Of a stretch of 64,000 nucleotides of DNA, positions 53,803 through 62,713 are shown piece after piece. The DNA is from Nitrospina sp. (lineage in GTDB: Bacteria > Nitrospinota > Nitrospinia > Nitrospinales > VA-1). Position 1 is the stretch's first letter. Every line of letters begins with the position of its first letter. Position numbers and translations under genes: made by a program. The DNA lies in contig JABHBK010000059.1 in the NCBI GenBank assembly GCA_018673915.1, positions 34,603-98,602 on the forward strand, given 5' to 3'. A model generated the notes under the pieces. The model was not told where the DNA came from and searched no databases. It saw only the letters and a program-made list of their open reading frames with translations.

Positions 53803-54590
53803 CCTCACGGTGCGCCAGACCCTATTACCTCTTTTCTTTCCTTTTCCTTTTCACAATTACTTTTCTGCACTCTCCCGCACTGGCTCAACCTAAAGCTCCC
53901 CCAGGAATGATCTATATCCCTAAAGGTTATTTTCAAATGGGGTCTTCATCTGGAAAAGAAGATGAAAAACCCATGCATTTTGTTTTCACCCCCGGTTATT
54001 TCATCGATAAATATGAAGTGAGCAATAAGAACTATGCAGCGTTCATGCTGGCAACAGAACACCAGGCCCCAAAATTCTGGAATGACTCCCGCTTCAATGA
54101 GCCAGACCAGCCTGTTGTTGGAGTGAGCTGGCATGATGCGATGGCATACGCAAAATGGAAAAAACGAAGACTGCCTACAGAAGCAGAATGGGAAAAGGCC
54201 GCACGGGGAAACGACGGACGTCTTTGGCCTTGGGGAAGAAAATTCGATAAAGGCTTCAACTTTTTCTTCGTTAATATTTTTGGAGAAAACGATAACTATG
54301 CCTACACCGCACCCGTTAACTATTACCATTCCGGAGTCAGCCCTTTTGGGTTATACAATACCGCTGGGAATGTCTGGGAGTGGTGCCTGGATTGGTACGA
54401 TAAAAACTATTATAGTGCCAGCCCCGAAATCAATCCGGAAGGCCCGCGAGGACCTTTAAAAATGAAAGTGCTCCGAGGAGGGTCTTGGATCAATAGTGTT
54501 GAAGGCATAAAAGTTGTCAAACGTGCGCGCAATTTCCCCTATATAAAAAACGAAATTTACGGATTCCGCACCGCGCAATCTCCTCAGTGA
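53799..54590 (+). CDS. Secreted formylglycine-generating-enzyme family protein (FGE-sulfatase/DUF323 domain)
   Basis: 263 aa with a signal peptide ..SPALA. It has the motifs RLPTEAEWEKAARG, GNVWEWCLDWY and RGGSW. Confidence 0.85.
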   Translation: MTSRCARPYYLFSFLFLFTITFLHSPALAQPKAPPGMIYIPKGYFQMGSSSGKEDEKPMHFVFTPGYFIDKYEVSNKNYAAFMLATEHQAPKFWNDSRFNEPDQPVVGVSWHDAMAYAKWKKRRLPTEAEWEKAARGNDGRLWPWGRKFDKGFNFFFVNIFGENDNYAYTAPVNYYHSGVSPFGLYNTAGNVWEWCLDWYDKNYYSASPEINPEGPRGPLKMKVLRGGSWINSVEGIKVVKRARNFPYIKNEIYGFRTAQSPQ

Positions 54591-55810
54591 GCCAGACCTC
54601 CAACCCCAAAAAACTCGCGATCTTCTCCTGGTGCCTGTACGATTTCGCCAACACCATTTTTTCCATGAACGTGATTTCACTGTATTTCGCGTTGTGGGTT
54701 ACGGTCGATCATGACGGCCAGGATATTTTATACAGCACCGCTCTTTCCCTTTCCATGCTGGCCGTGGCATTAAGCGTTCCAGTTTTCGGAGCCCTTTCAG
54801 ACACTACCGGAAAACGCCGGGCTCCCCTGATTGGACTCACCCTTCTTTGTATTTTCTCAACCGGTCTGATCGGTACCACCGACCATCTATGGACAGGCCT
54901 GATATTGTTCATGGTAGCTAACTACGGTTATCAATCGGCATTGGTTTTTTATAACGGCATGCTTCCCTCCATTTCGCAAGGCAGCCATGTTGGCCTGGTT
55001 TCAGGATATGGAGTGGCTCTCGGTTATCTGGGTTCCATAATCGGTATGTTAATGGTGAAACCTTTTGTCGAGTCCGGCGGTCGCTCTTCAGCCTTTCTTC
55101 CTACTGCCGGTTTACTGTTGCTCTTTTCTCTCCCCTGCTTCCTGTTTGTTAAAGATCGTGAAACTCGGTCCGTTCCCTTTTTCCGCATTAAGGAAGCATT
55201 CAATACTCTCAAGAAAACTTTTCTTCGTGCCCGGCAATACCATACTTTGTTCCGGTTTATTCTGATTCATTTTCTGGTTCTCGATGCGGTGAACACGATT
55301 ATCGCTTTCATGTCGATATATGCCAGCAAGGTAATAGGATTCGACGACGGACAAATCATTAAATTTCTGATCTCCTCAACGGTAGGAGCAATGATCGGAT
55401 CATTGATCATTGGCATTTTGGTTAAACGTAAAGGAACCATCTGGTCCTACTGGCTGGTATTGGGACTCTGGATCGTTTCTCTTTCTCTGGCTGCCGTAAG
55501 TCAGAGCGAATCCCTGTTCTGGCTGGTAGGCCCCATCGCCGGAGTAGGAATGGGAGGCGTTTGGGTAGTCAGTCGAGCTTTCATTGTAGAACTGTCCCCC
55601 CCAGAAAAAGTCGGTGAATTTTTCGGATTGTATGGGCTTGCAGGCAAAGCGGCATCCATTTTAGGCCCCATGCTCTGGGGAGGTGTAGTATGGGCCCTAA
55701 ATACAACTGGAACGCTCAAGTACCGGGTTGCAGTAACAGTACTGTTGGGCATCGTAATTGCCGCAGCATTCCTCTTTCGCGGTCTAACCCAACGACTAAA
55801 GCCTCAATAA
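54587..55810 (+). CDS. MFS transporter (UMF1/Atg22-like)
   Basis: 407-aa protein with about 12 TM segments. The N-terminus FSWCLYDFANTIFSMNV is typical of the UMF1 family. The GTG start overlaps the upstream stop (GTGA). Confidence 0.75.
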   Translation: MSQTSNPKKLAIFSWCLYDFANTIFSMNVISLYFALWVTVDHDGQDILYSTALSLSMLAVALSVPVFGALSDTTGKRRAPLIGLTLLCIFSTGLIGTTDHLWTGLILFMVANYGYQSALVFYNGMLPSISQGSHVGLVSGYGVALGYLGSIIGMLMVKPFVESGGRSSAFLPTAGLLLLFSLPCFLFVKDRETRSVPFFRIKEAFNTLKKTFLRARQYHTLFRFILIHFLVLDAVNTIIAFMSIYASKVIGFDDGQIIKFLISSTVGAMIGSLIIGILVKRKGTIWSYWLVLGLWIVSLSLAAVSQSESLFWLVGPIAGVGMGGVWVVSRAFIVELSPPEKVGEFFGLYGLAGKAASILGPMLWGGVVWALNTTGTLKYRVAVTVLLGIVIAAAFLFRGLTQRLKPQ

Positions 55811-55908
55811 ATCGGTTGACATCGAGAGATCGAATGATTAGTTTTAATGACATCTCTTAATTTTTAAATCACATTTGTAGAATGCACCGTATAGAAAGGG
55901 TGACCCGC

Positions 55909-56919
55909 ATGAAGCGATTTGTTTCCTTGAGTTTATATTTGATCCTATTAGGCACCGGGCTCTTTATTTCCGCCATTCCGGTAAATGTTTGGGCTCATTC
56001 CGGCCATAAGCACGATGAGTTAAAAGTCAAACTTCCCAAAGTGGTTGCCCAAGTCAATGGTGTGGATATTAGTGGTGATGCCATTTCCCGTGAATTAAAA
56101 AAAGCCGCAAAACAATACAAGAAACGCGGCATGCCTCTCAATACGGATCAGGAAAAAGCCGCCGCAAAACAACTGATTGAAGACGAAATCGGGCGCACCC
56201 TGCTGGTCTTGAAGGCGAAAGATTCGGGAATTAATATAACGAAAAATATGTTGGAAAAGCGGATTCAGGAAGTCCAGGCCAAGTTCAAATCTGAGGCTGT
56301 TTTTGCTCACAAACTTGCTGACCGGGGTATGACCCTGGATCAATATAAAAAAGAACTTGAAACCGATTTATATATGGATCAAATTATCAAAAAAGAAATC
56401 GAACCTAAAATCCAGATCCCTGAAAATGAATCCCGGGACTATTACGAAAAAAATAAAAATAAGTTCACCCGTCAGGAACAAGTCAAGGCCAGCATCATCC
56501 TGCTAAAATTTAATCCTTCAGAGGGGAAAGCCGGAGAACAGAAGACCCTCAAAAAGTTTAATTCTATTCTCGATCAGGCTCGCAGCGGAACCGACTTTTC
56601 GGCATTAGCCAGGAAGTTTTCCCAAGACAGCCTAGCTTCTCTGGGAGGAGATTTGGGTTACTTCACTCGCAAACAAATGCTTCCGGCCTTCAGTGATAGA
56701 GCTTTTAAATTAAAGGTAGGCGAAGTCAGTGATATTTTTCGCACCGGGCACGGATTCCACATCCTTAAAGTCACAGATAAAAAACTGGCGGGAACCAGTC
56801 CTTTTGAAACTGAAAAAGCAAAGATCAAAACCTTTCTCAGCCAAAAGAAAGTTTCACAAGCCACCCGTGACTACATCGAAATCCTGAAAAAACAGGCAAA
56901 AATCAAAACTTATTTTTAA
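55909..56919 (+). CDS. SurA/PrsA-like periplasmic chaperone with parvulin PPIase domain
   Basis: I moved the start to ATG 55909 (MKRFVSLSLYLILLG, a signal peptide). The rotamase motif is GGDLGYF......F......G.VS....T..GFHILKV. Confidence 0.8.
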   Translation: MKRFVSLSLYLILLGTGLFISAIPVNVWAHSGHKHDELKVKLPKVVAQVNGVDISGDAISRELKKAAKQYKKRGMPLNTDQEKAAAKQLIEDEIGRTLLVLKAKDSGINITKNMLEKRIQEVQAKFKSEAVFAHKLADRGMTLDQYKKELETDLYMDQIIKKEIEPKIQIPENESRDYYEKNKNKFTRQEQVKASIILLKFNPSEGKAGEQKTLKKFNSILDQARSGTDFSALARKFSQDSLASLGGDLGYFTRKQMLPAFSDRAFKLKVGEVSDIFRTGHGFHILKVTDKKLAGTSPFETEKAKIKTFLSQKKVSQATRDYIEILKKQAKIKTYF

Positions 56920-57022
56920 GGGCTCCGAATATTGAAAATAGTTTTTAGACAACAAAATCACTCGAGGATTTACAAATGAAAAAAGTCTAACTCTTGGTTG
57001 TTTTGCTTTAGCTGGAATTATT

Positions 57023-57607
57023 ATGACAATGTTTTTATCTAGCTGTGCATCGGTAGTGACTAATGCAGCACAAAAGGCATGGGAAAGCCGCAGTACCGAA
57101 GATCAGGTTACAGATTCAAAAATTCATACTGGCATTCTCGATAAATTAAAGGACAAAGACAAAAGCCTGCTTCTAGATGTGAATGTTGATGTCTGGGAAC
57201 AAAGAGTACTTCTTACAGGAACCCTGGATGATGCGGGATTACGTTCTGAAGTAGAAAGCCTGGTCAAACAAGACTCGCGTATTAAAATCCTTCACAACCA
57301 TATCAATGTAGTTACCCCAGCAGAAAAAGAAGCTCGACGTAAACAGAAAGAAGAAGGCGGCAGTAAAAAAGGCGAGGAAGGTGGAGCTATCAATGACTTC
57401 TGGATCGAGACCAAAATAAAAGCACAATTATTGACCCAGTCTAATGTCACCTCCGTCAATTATTTCTATCGATCGGTTTTGAATCAGGTCTATGTGATTG
57501 GCGAGGCCGCCAATGGTGTCGAAAAAAGCCTGGTTCTTTCAATCATCAATGCTACTGAAGGGGTCCAATCCGTTCAAGAATACATCGCTGTCTCGGATAA
57601 CTATTAA
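57023..57607 (+). CDS. BON-domain (OsmY-like) putative lipoprotein; 5' end probably frameshifted
   Basis: Two BON-like segments are present. The lipobox FLSSC sits only 8 aa from the ATG called in the track. The upstream ATG 56976 has a good SD but is out of frame by one A; see the finding. Confidence 0.7.
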   Translation: MTMFLSSCASVVTNAAQKAWESRSTEDQVTDSKIHTGILDKLKDKDKSLLLDVNVDVWEQRVLLTGTLDDAGLRSEVESLVKQDSRIKILHNHINVVTPAEKEARRKQKEEGGSKKGEEGGAINDFWIETKIKAQLLTQSNVTSVNYFYRSVLNQVYVIGEAANGVEKSLVLSIINATEGVQSVQEYIAVSDNY

Positions 57608-57621
57608 TTAAGGTGGGGCTG

Positions 57622-57644
57622 TCCTCTCCCATACAGGGAGAGGA
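57622..57644. terminator. Hairpin between convergent genes (BON gene and the 57-aa ORF)
   Basis: 9-bp stem TCCTCTCCC / GGGAGAGGA with a 5-nt loop. On the plus strand a T-rich run (TTTATTTTTT) begins 8 nt later. Confidence 0.35.
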
Positions 57645-57652
57645 TAGAGGAT

Positions 57653-57826
57653 TTATTTTTTCTTGGATTTTCCGCCGTCAACCTGGCTGATTTTACGCTT
57701 AACGGTTTTTTGCTTATCTTTGTCGAAATCGACTTTCAGATAAACCGTTTTGGGGAATACTTTATCTACTGTCGCGTCTTTTTTCTTTCCAGCAAAATCA
57801 ATTTTAATCTTATCTCCTGCTTTCAT
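57653..57826 (-). CDS. Unannotated 57-aa lysine-rich small protein
   Basis: Manual translation: MKAGDKIKIDFAGKKKDATVDKVFPKTVYLKVDFDKDKQKTVKRKISQVDGGKSKKK, then a stop. SD GAGGTGGAG lies 3-4 nt upstream, and an in-frame stop lies 8 codons upstream. It falls below the 60-aa ORF-track cutoff. Confidence 0.55.
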   Translation of the reverse strand: MKAGDKIKIDFAGKKKDATVDKVFPKTVYLKVDFDKDKQKTVKRKISQVDGGKSKKK

Positions 57827-58009
57827 AGCTCCACCTCTTCCTAATATTCAAAAAATCTGTTTCTATGCGGCGTATCCGCAACTTAAGCGACCTATATGCT
57901 TTGAAAAAGTTGAGATTAGAGCAAAATCTCCAGCGAGTCAATTTTTTTTACCCCTTAGTAGCGGAAGAAAATAGCCATGGCCCTATCTAGCAGCAAACCA
58001 TCATGACCT

Positions 58010-58035
58010 ATTGGCCCCACGCCGAGTGGGTGGTA
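58010..58035 (+). repeat. 26-nt box ATTGGCCCCACGCCGAGTGGGTGGTA upstream of priA
   Basis: See 52730-52755. Confidence 0.65.
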
Positions 58036-58039
58036 CAAT
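58011..58039 (+). promoter_or_regulatory. Candidate sigma-70 promoter of priA
   Basis: TTGGCC (58011-16), a 17-nt spacer, then TACAAT (58034-39). An extended -10 TG lies at 58031-32, 29 nt upstream of ATG 58068. Confidence 0.45.
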
Positions 58040-58067
58040 CTGGAAAATTTCTGAAAGTCCTGCCCAG

Positions 58068-60356
58068 ATGAATAGCCAGACCCAGTTAAAAATCGAACCC
58101 TTTGACGCGATACCTTCAACAGAAAAGCCATATGCCGAGGTGGTGTTCAATCTTCCCCTCAGGGATCCGTTCACCTATATCATTCCTCCAAAATTGTTGG
58201 GGAAGGTCCGAGTCGGCATGCGGGTTCTCGTACCTTTTGGCAGAAGACGCATTACCGGGTATGTGGTCAATCTTGTGGAAAAATGGGACAAACCCATAGC
58301 CCTCAAGACCATCGCCGAGCTTCCGGACCTCGAACCTATCGTGAGCGAAGAGATTCTATCTCTCACCCGCTGGTTGGCGGACTATTACCAATCCGCATGG
58401 GGTGAGGCCATCAGTTCCGCTCTCCCGGCAGGACTCGATAAGACCAGCTACCAGCTTGTCAAAGCTGTTCGCCTTGCCAGCAATCTGCCAACAGAGGAAG
58501 AAATAACAGACCTGCTCAAGCGCAGTCCCAAACAGAAAAGTGTGTTTGATCTTGTTCGGCAAAAAGAGATCAACCTGGCGGAACTGGAAACTCTGATTCC
58601 TGGTGGTAAATCCGCCCTCCGCAGTCTTAAAGAAAAAAAACTGGTGGAGGTTTTTACCGAGAAAAAAGAGCGCCAGGCTTTGGTGCCTGAAGGCACCATG
58701 GACCAGCCATTCGGATCTCACTTGACCTTTACACCTGAACAGGAAGCCGTATTCAATGAGATTTCCTCAACAATCGATGCAGGTAAATTTCAATCTTTCC
58801 TGCTTCATGGAATCACCGGAAGCGGTAAAACAGAAGTATATATCCGATGCATCCAGCGTATTCTGGAAATGGATAAAACCGCGATCATGATGGTTCCTGA
58901 AATCTCCTTAACCCCGCAAACGGTCAAGCGGTTTCGTCAGCGTTTCGGCGATCGAGTTGCCATTCTGCATAGTGGTTTATCGCAAACCGAACGCTATCTG
59001 GAATGGAAAAAAATCTACGAGGAAAAAGTGTCGATCGCCGTCGGTGCCCGTTCGGCTGTATTTGCTCCCTTTAAAAACCTGGGCATTATAGTTATAGATG
59101 AAGAACACGATGGCTCTTACAAACAGGATTCTAACCCCCGCTATCATGCTCGGGATACCGCTGTAATGCGTGCCCGGTCAGCGAATGCAGTCGTCCTTAT
59201 GGGATCAGCAACCCCTTCCATGGAGTCCGTTCATAATACCCAGTTAAAGAAATATAAATATTTATCTCTGAAAAGCCGGATCGGTGAAAGCATGCTTCCC
59301 ATTGTGAGCATGGTGGATATGAAACGTGAGCGCAAAGAATTTAAAAATTTTGCCATGCTTTCCGGAGTTCTGCGTAGCGCAATTCGCGACAGACTTTCCC
59401 GCAATGAACAGATTTTCCTTTTTCTCAATCGCCGCGGAACCGCACGATTTGTTTTTTGCCCTGACTGCGGTTACGTATTAGAATGTGCCCATTGCAGTGT
59501 CACCCTCACCTTTCACGGCACGGAAGACCGGCTGCTCTGCCATTATTGTAATTTCAAGGCACGAATGCCAAACCACTGCGTGGAATGCCATGGAGAAGTG
59601 ATTCGTTTTAGCGGTTTTGGCACCCAAAAAATGGAGGAAGAAGTAAATAAATTATTTCCGCATGCTCGAACCACCCGAATCGATCGAGACACCACTCGAG
59701 GACGCGACTCTTTTGCCGCTATGCACCGGGATATGAATGCGGGGAATATCGATATCCTCATCGGCACCCAAATGATTACTAAAGGACATGATTTCCCGAA
59801 CGTCACACTGGTCGGGGTGATACATGCAGATTTAGCTTTGAACATACCCGATTTCAGATCATGCGAGAGAGCTTTCCAGTTGTTGACCCAGGTCGCAGGG
59901 CGGGCGGGACGCGGAAAAGTTCCTGGTAAAGTAATTATTCAGACCAACAATCCCGATCATTATATGTTTGAGTTCGTCCAGGAACATGATGTCAACGCTT
60001 TCCACGAAAAGGAATTAAAGTTGAGGCGCCAACTCAACTATCCGCCATTCACCCGACTTGTAGCTATAGAACTTGTCAGCGATAATGAATCGTTGGTAAA
60101 GAGCACCTCTGAAAAACTGGGACGTGCTCTTACTCGGCAGGCAACACGAAATAAAGGAGTTGAAATATTAGGACCCTCTAAGGCGGCTTTGTATCAGATT
60201 CAAAACAAATTCCGCTGGCATGTGATATTACGAGGTCAGAAAATGCAGGCCCTGCAAGGGATTCTGGCAGACAGCCGGGAACTGCAAGAACTCAAATCCG
60301 CTTCGAGTGGTAAACTCAAGATCTCTGTTGATGTTGATCCTTTCAACCTTCAATGA
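58068..60356 (+). CDS. priA: Primosomal replication restart helicase PriA
   Basis: I moved the start to ATG 58068. Walker A is GITGSGKTE and the DEEH box is VIDEEHD. The Cys-rich Zn region is CPDCG...CAHC...CHYC...CVEC. Confidence 0.9.
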   Translation: MNSQTQLKIEPFDAIPSTEKPYAEVVFNLPLRDPFTYIIPPKLLGKVRVGMRVLVPFGRRRITGYVVNLVEKWDKPIALKTIAELPDLEPIVSEEILSLTRWLADYYQSAWGEAISSALPAGLDKTSYQLVKAVRLASNLPTEEEITDLLKRSPKQKSVFDLVRQKEINLAELETLIPGGKSALRSLKEKKLVEVFTEKKERQALVPEGTMDQPFGSHLTFTPEQEAVFNEISSTIDAGKFQSFLLHGITGSGKTEVYIRCIQRILEMDKTAIMMVPEISLTPQTVKRFRQRFGDRVAILHSGLSQTERYLEWKKIYEEKVSIAVGARSAVFAPFKNLGIIVIDEEHDGSYKQDSNPRYHARDTAVMRARSANAVVLMGSATPSMESVHNTQLKKYKYLSLKSRIGESMLPIVSMVDMKRERKEFKNFAMLSGVLRSAIRDRLSRNEQIFLFLNRRGTARFVFCPDCGYVLECAHCSVTLTFHGTEDRLLCHYCNFKARMPNHCVECHGEVIRFSGFGTQKMEEEVNKLFPHARTTRIDRDTTRGRDSFAAMHRDMNAGNIDILIGTQMITKGHDFPNVTLVGVIHADLALNIPDFRSCERAFQLLTQVAGRAGRGKVPGKVIIQTNNPDHYMFEFVQEHDVNAFHEKELKLRRQLNYPPFTRLVAIELVSDNESLVKSTSEKLGRALTRQATRNKGVEILGPSKAALYQIQNKFRWHVILRGQKMQALQGILADSRELQELKSASSGKLKISVDVDPFNLQ

Positions 60357-60402
60357 GTCCGGTTTAGCAGAAACCCATTAACCTTATATTGAAATTACAT
60401 CC

Positions 60403-60990
60403 ATGAAAATTATTCGATCTATGTACGATTGGGTCCTGCAATGGGCCGCTACCCCTTATGCACTCCCGGCCTTATTTTTTGTTTCGTTTGTGGAGTCATC
60501 GTTTTTCCCGATTCCTCCAGATGTTTTATTGATCGCCATGACGGTAGCCGTCCCGGCACTCTGGATCAGGTTTTCTCTCTTTTGCTCCATTGCATCCGTG
60601 CTGGGAGGAATGTTTGGTTATTTTATCGGGTATCAGTTCATGGATCTTATCGGCAACCGCATTGTGGAGTTTTACCATTTGCAGGCCAAGTTTGAGAAAA
60701 TTGGTGGTCTCTATGACGAGCACCAGGCATGGGCCGTTGCCGCCGCCGGCTTCACACCTTTGCCTTATAAAATTTTCACCTTGGCGGCAGGAGCGTTCAA
60801 AATCAATTTCCCGACCTTCGTTCTGGCGTCGGCAATCAGCCGTTCAGCCCGATTCTTCCTGGTCGGATTTATCATTTACAAATTTGGACCACCGATCAAG
60901 GTGATCATCGAAAAATATTTCAATATATTCAGTATCGTATTTTTCATCCTTCTTGTTCTAGGATTTTATCTATTAAAATTTGTACTTTGA
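60403..60990 (+). CDS. DedA/YqaA-family membrane protein
   Basis: 195 aa with FVESSFFPIPPDVLLI, the SNARE-associated/DedA signature. Confidence 0.75.
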   Translation: MKIIRSMYDWVLQWAATPYALPALFFVSFVESSFFPIPPDVLLIAMTVAVPALWIRFSLFCSIASVLGGMFGYFIGYQFMDLIGNRIVEFYHLQAKFEKIGGLYDEHQAWAVAAAGFTPLPYKIFTLAAGAFKINFPTFVLASAISRSARFFLVGFIIYKFGPPIKVIIEKYFNIFSIVFFILLVLGFYLLKFVL

Positions 60991-61002
60991 TGAGGACCTA
61001 CC

Positions 61003-61332
61003 ATGAGTGAGCATTGCGTACTATTCATCACCGTCGAGTCAAAAGAGGAAGCGGATAAAATAAGCCGGGGATTAGTCGAAGACAAACTGGCTTTCTGTGT
61101 CAGCACCGTTCCAGGAATTCAGTCCACCTACCACTGGGAAGGAAAGCTCCATGTTGATGAAGAATTTCTTTTGATCATTAAAACCCGGAAAGACCGCTAT
61201 GATGCCTTGGAAACCTGGGTCAAAATAAATCACAGCTATGAGGTACCAGAAATCATCGCTCTGCCCATCGAACAGGGGCTCCCTGCCTACTTGACGGGAA
61301 TTGACAACTGGGTCACCAATAAGGACTCATAA
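61003..61332 (+). CDS. cutA: Divalent-cation tolerance protein CutA
   Basis: 109 aa with the pattern STYHWEGKL...E..L.IKT...Y..L...V...H.YEVPEI. Confidence 0.85.
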   Translation: MSEHCVLFITVESKEEADKISRGLVEDKLAFCVSTVPGIQSTYHWEGKLHVDEEFLLIIKTRKDRYDALETWVKINHSYEVPEIIALPIEQGLPAYLTGIDNWVTNKDS

Positions 61333-61335
61333 GAA

Positions 61336-62304
61336 ATGGCTCATATCCATTTAAAAAATGAATGGGGGATTGCAGACAATCTGGCCACACCGGAGTCGGC
61401 ATACCTCCGCCGGCGAGAATTTCTAAAAGGAACAGCACTGACCACTGCAGCCACTATTGGGACTCTTTATGGTTGCGGACCCTCCGTTCCCCCGAAGGTT
61501 CTACCTGAAGTGGAATGGAGCGAACTGGATAAATCCATCTATCCCGCAAAAAGAAACACAGCTTATGAGTTGGACCGACCTCTGACTCCAGAAAATATCG
61601 CCTCAAGCTACAATAATTTTTATGAATTCGGATCCGATAAAACCGACCCGGTGCATTACGCGCAGAAACTCACTACCCGTCCCTGGGCCATTCAGGTAGG
61701 CGGTCTGGTCAACAAACCAAAAACTTTCGATACGGATGACTTGCTGAAAACCATGCCCATTGAGGAACGCGTATGCAGACTGCGTTGCGTGGAAGCCTGG
61801 GCCATGGCCGTACCCTGGACCGGGTTTCCGTTGAAAGAACTTCTCAAGCAAGTCGAACCAAAACCTACAGCCACCCATGTGAGGCTGGAAACTTTTTATA
61901 CACCCTTCACCGCCCAGGGCCAACTGGCCTTCTGGGAACCCTGGCCTTATGTGGAAGGATTAACCCTCAAAGAAGCCATGAATGAGCTAGCATTTTTAGC
62001 CACCGGAATTTATGGACATCCGCTATCCAAACAACATGGTGCCCCCATCCGTCTTGTTGTCCCCTGGAAATACGGATTCAAAAATATAAAGTCAATCGTG
62101 AAGATCGAACTGGTAGACTATCGTCCATCAACCTTCTGGAATACGCTTCAAGGACTGGAGTATGATTTTACCGCCAATGTGGACCCGCGGATTCCGCACC
62201 CACGCTGGCCCCAGACCCGCGAGAAGATGATCGGAACCGGGGACATCCGCCCGACTCTTCTCTATAACGGTTATGAAAAATTTGTTGGTAACTTATATTC
62301 ATGA
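61336..62304 (+). CDS. msrP: Periplasmic protein-methionine-sulfoxide reductase catalytic subunit MsrP (YedY, Mo-molybdopterin)
   Basis: 322 aa with the Tat signal RRREFLKG. It is collinear with E. coli YedY motifs (YNNFYEFG, RLRCVEAW.M.VPW.GFPL, PYVEGL, GAPIRLVVPWKYGFK.IKSIV, HPRW). Confidence 0.9.
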   Translation: MAHIHLKNEWGIADNLATPESAYLRRREFLKGTALTTAATIGTLYGCGPSVPPKVLPEVEWSELDKSIYPAKRNTAYELDRPLTPENIASSYNNFYEFGSDKTDPVHYAQKLTTRPWAIQVGGLVNKPKTFDTDDLLKTMPIEERVCRLRCVEAWAMAVPWTGFPLKELLKQVEPKPTATHVRLETFYTPFTAQGQLAFWEPWPYVEGLTLKEAMNELAFLATGIYGHPLSKQHGAPIRLVVPWKYGFKNIKSIVKIELVDYRPSTFWNTLQGLEYDFTANVDPRIPHPRWPQTREKMIGTGDIRPTLLYNGYEKFVGNLYS

Positions 62305-62636
62305 GGAGTTTCTCAGTGATCCCATCCAAAATAAGCAGTTTTCTTTTTTGCGTCCTACTTCTTTTTCCCTTCACCGCATGGTCCGAGGATGGAAAGGTGC
62401 AGGAGGAAAAACACATCTATACCGTCATTGAATTCGAGTCCACCTTCATGAACCGTAGAAAAGAAAAAGTGCTGGAGGTTCTTGGTGAGCCAGATAATAA
62501 ATGGGAACATCAAGGTAAAGAAATTTGGAAGTACTTTCAGGTCATTACAGATCAAGACAAACTATGGGATCAAAATCTCATGTTCGATTTCGGCAGAGTC
62601 AACGCAATGTGGCCCACCAAGCCTAACCCGGAGTAG
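62301..62636 (+). CDS. Secreted hypothetical protein (111 aa) translationally coupled to msrP
   Basis: It overlaps the msrP stop (ATGA). The signal peptide is ..FPFTAWS. I recognise no family with certainty. Confidence 0.5.
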   Translation: MRSFSVIPSKISSFLFCVLLLFPFTAWSEDGKVQEEKHIYTVIEFESTFMNRRKEKVLEVLGEPDNKWEHQGKEIWKYFQVITDQDKLWDQNLMFDFGRVNAMWPTKPNPE

Positions 62637-62683
62637 GGGTTTTGGTTTTCCTACTTGCAAGCGGATATATATTTTTCTATCAA

Positions 62684-62705
62684 CCAAGACAAGTCGTTGC
62701 TAGTC
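62684..62705 (+). repeat. Copy of the dispersed intergenic box (CCAAGACAAGTCGTTGCTAGTC)
   Basis: See 52019-52038. It lies between convergent gene ends. Confidence 0.5.
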
Positions 62706-62713
62706 AAAAAAAA

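Noticed and set aside
44394-54590. Diversity-generating retroelement idea. DUF1566 (44394-44927) and FGE-sulfatase (53799-54590) domains are both C-lectin-fold families that often serve as DGR variable proteins.
   Set aside because: No reverse transcriptase gene is present. I found no template/variable repeat copy of either gene's 3' end elsewhere in the window.
57750-57974. A 74-aa plus-strand ORF upstream of priA.
   Set aside because: It overlaps the better-supported 57-aa minus-strand ORF in antisense and lies in promoter DNA. It has no SD, and its composition is hydrophobic and low-complexity.
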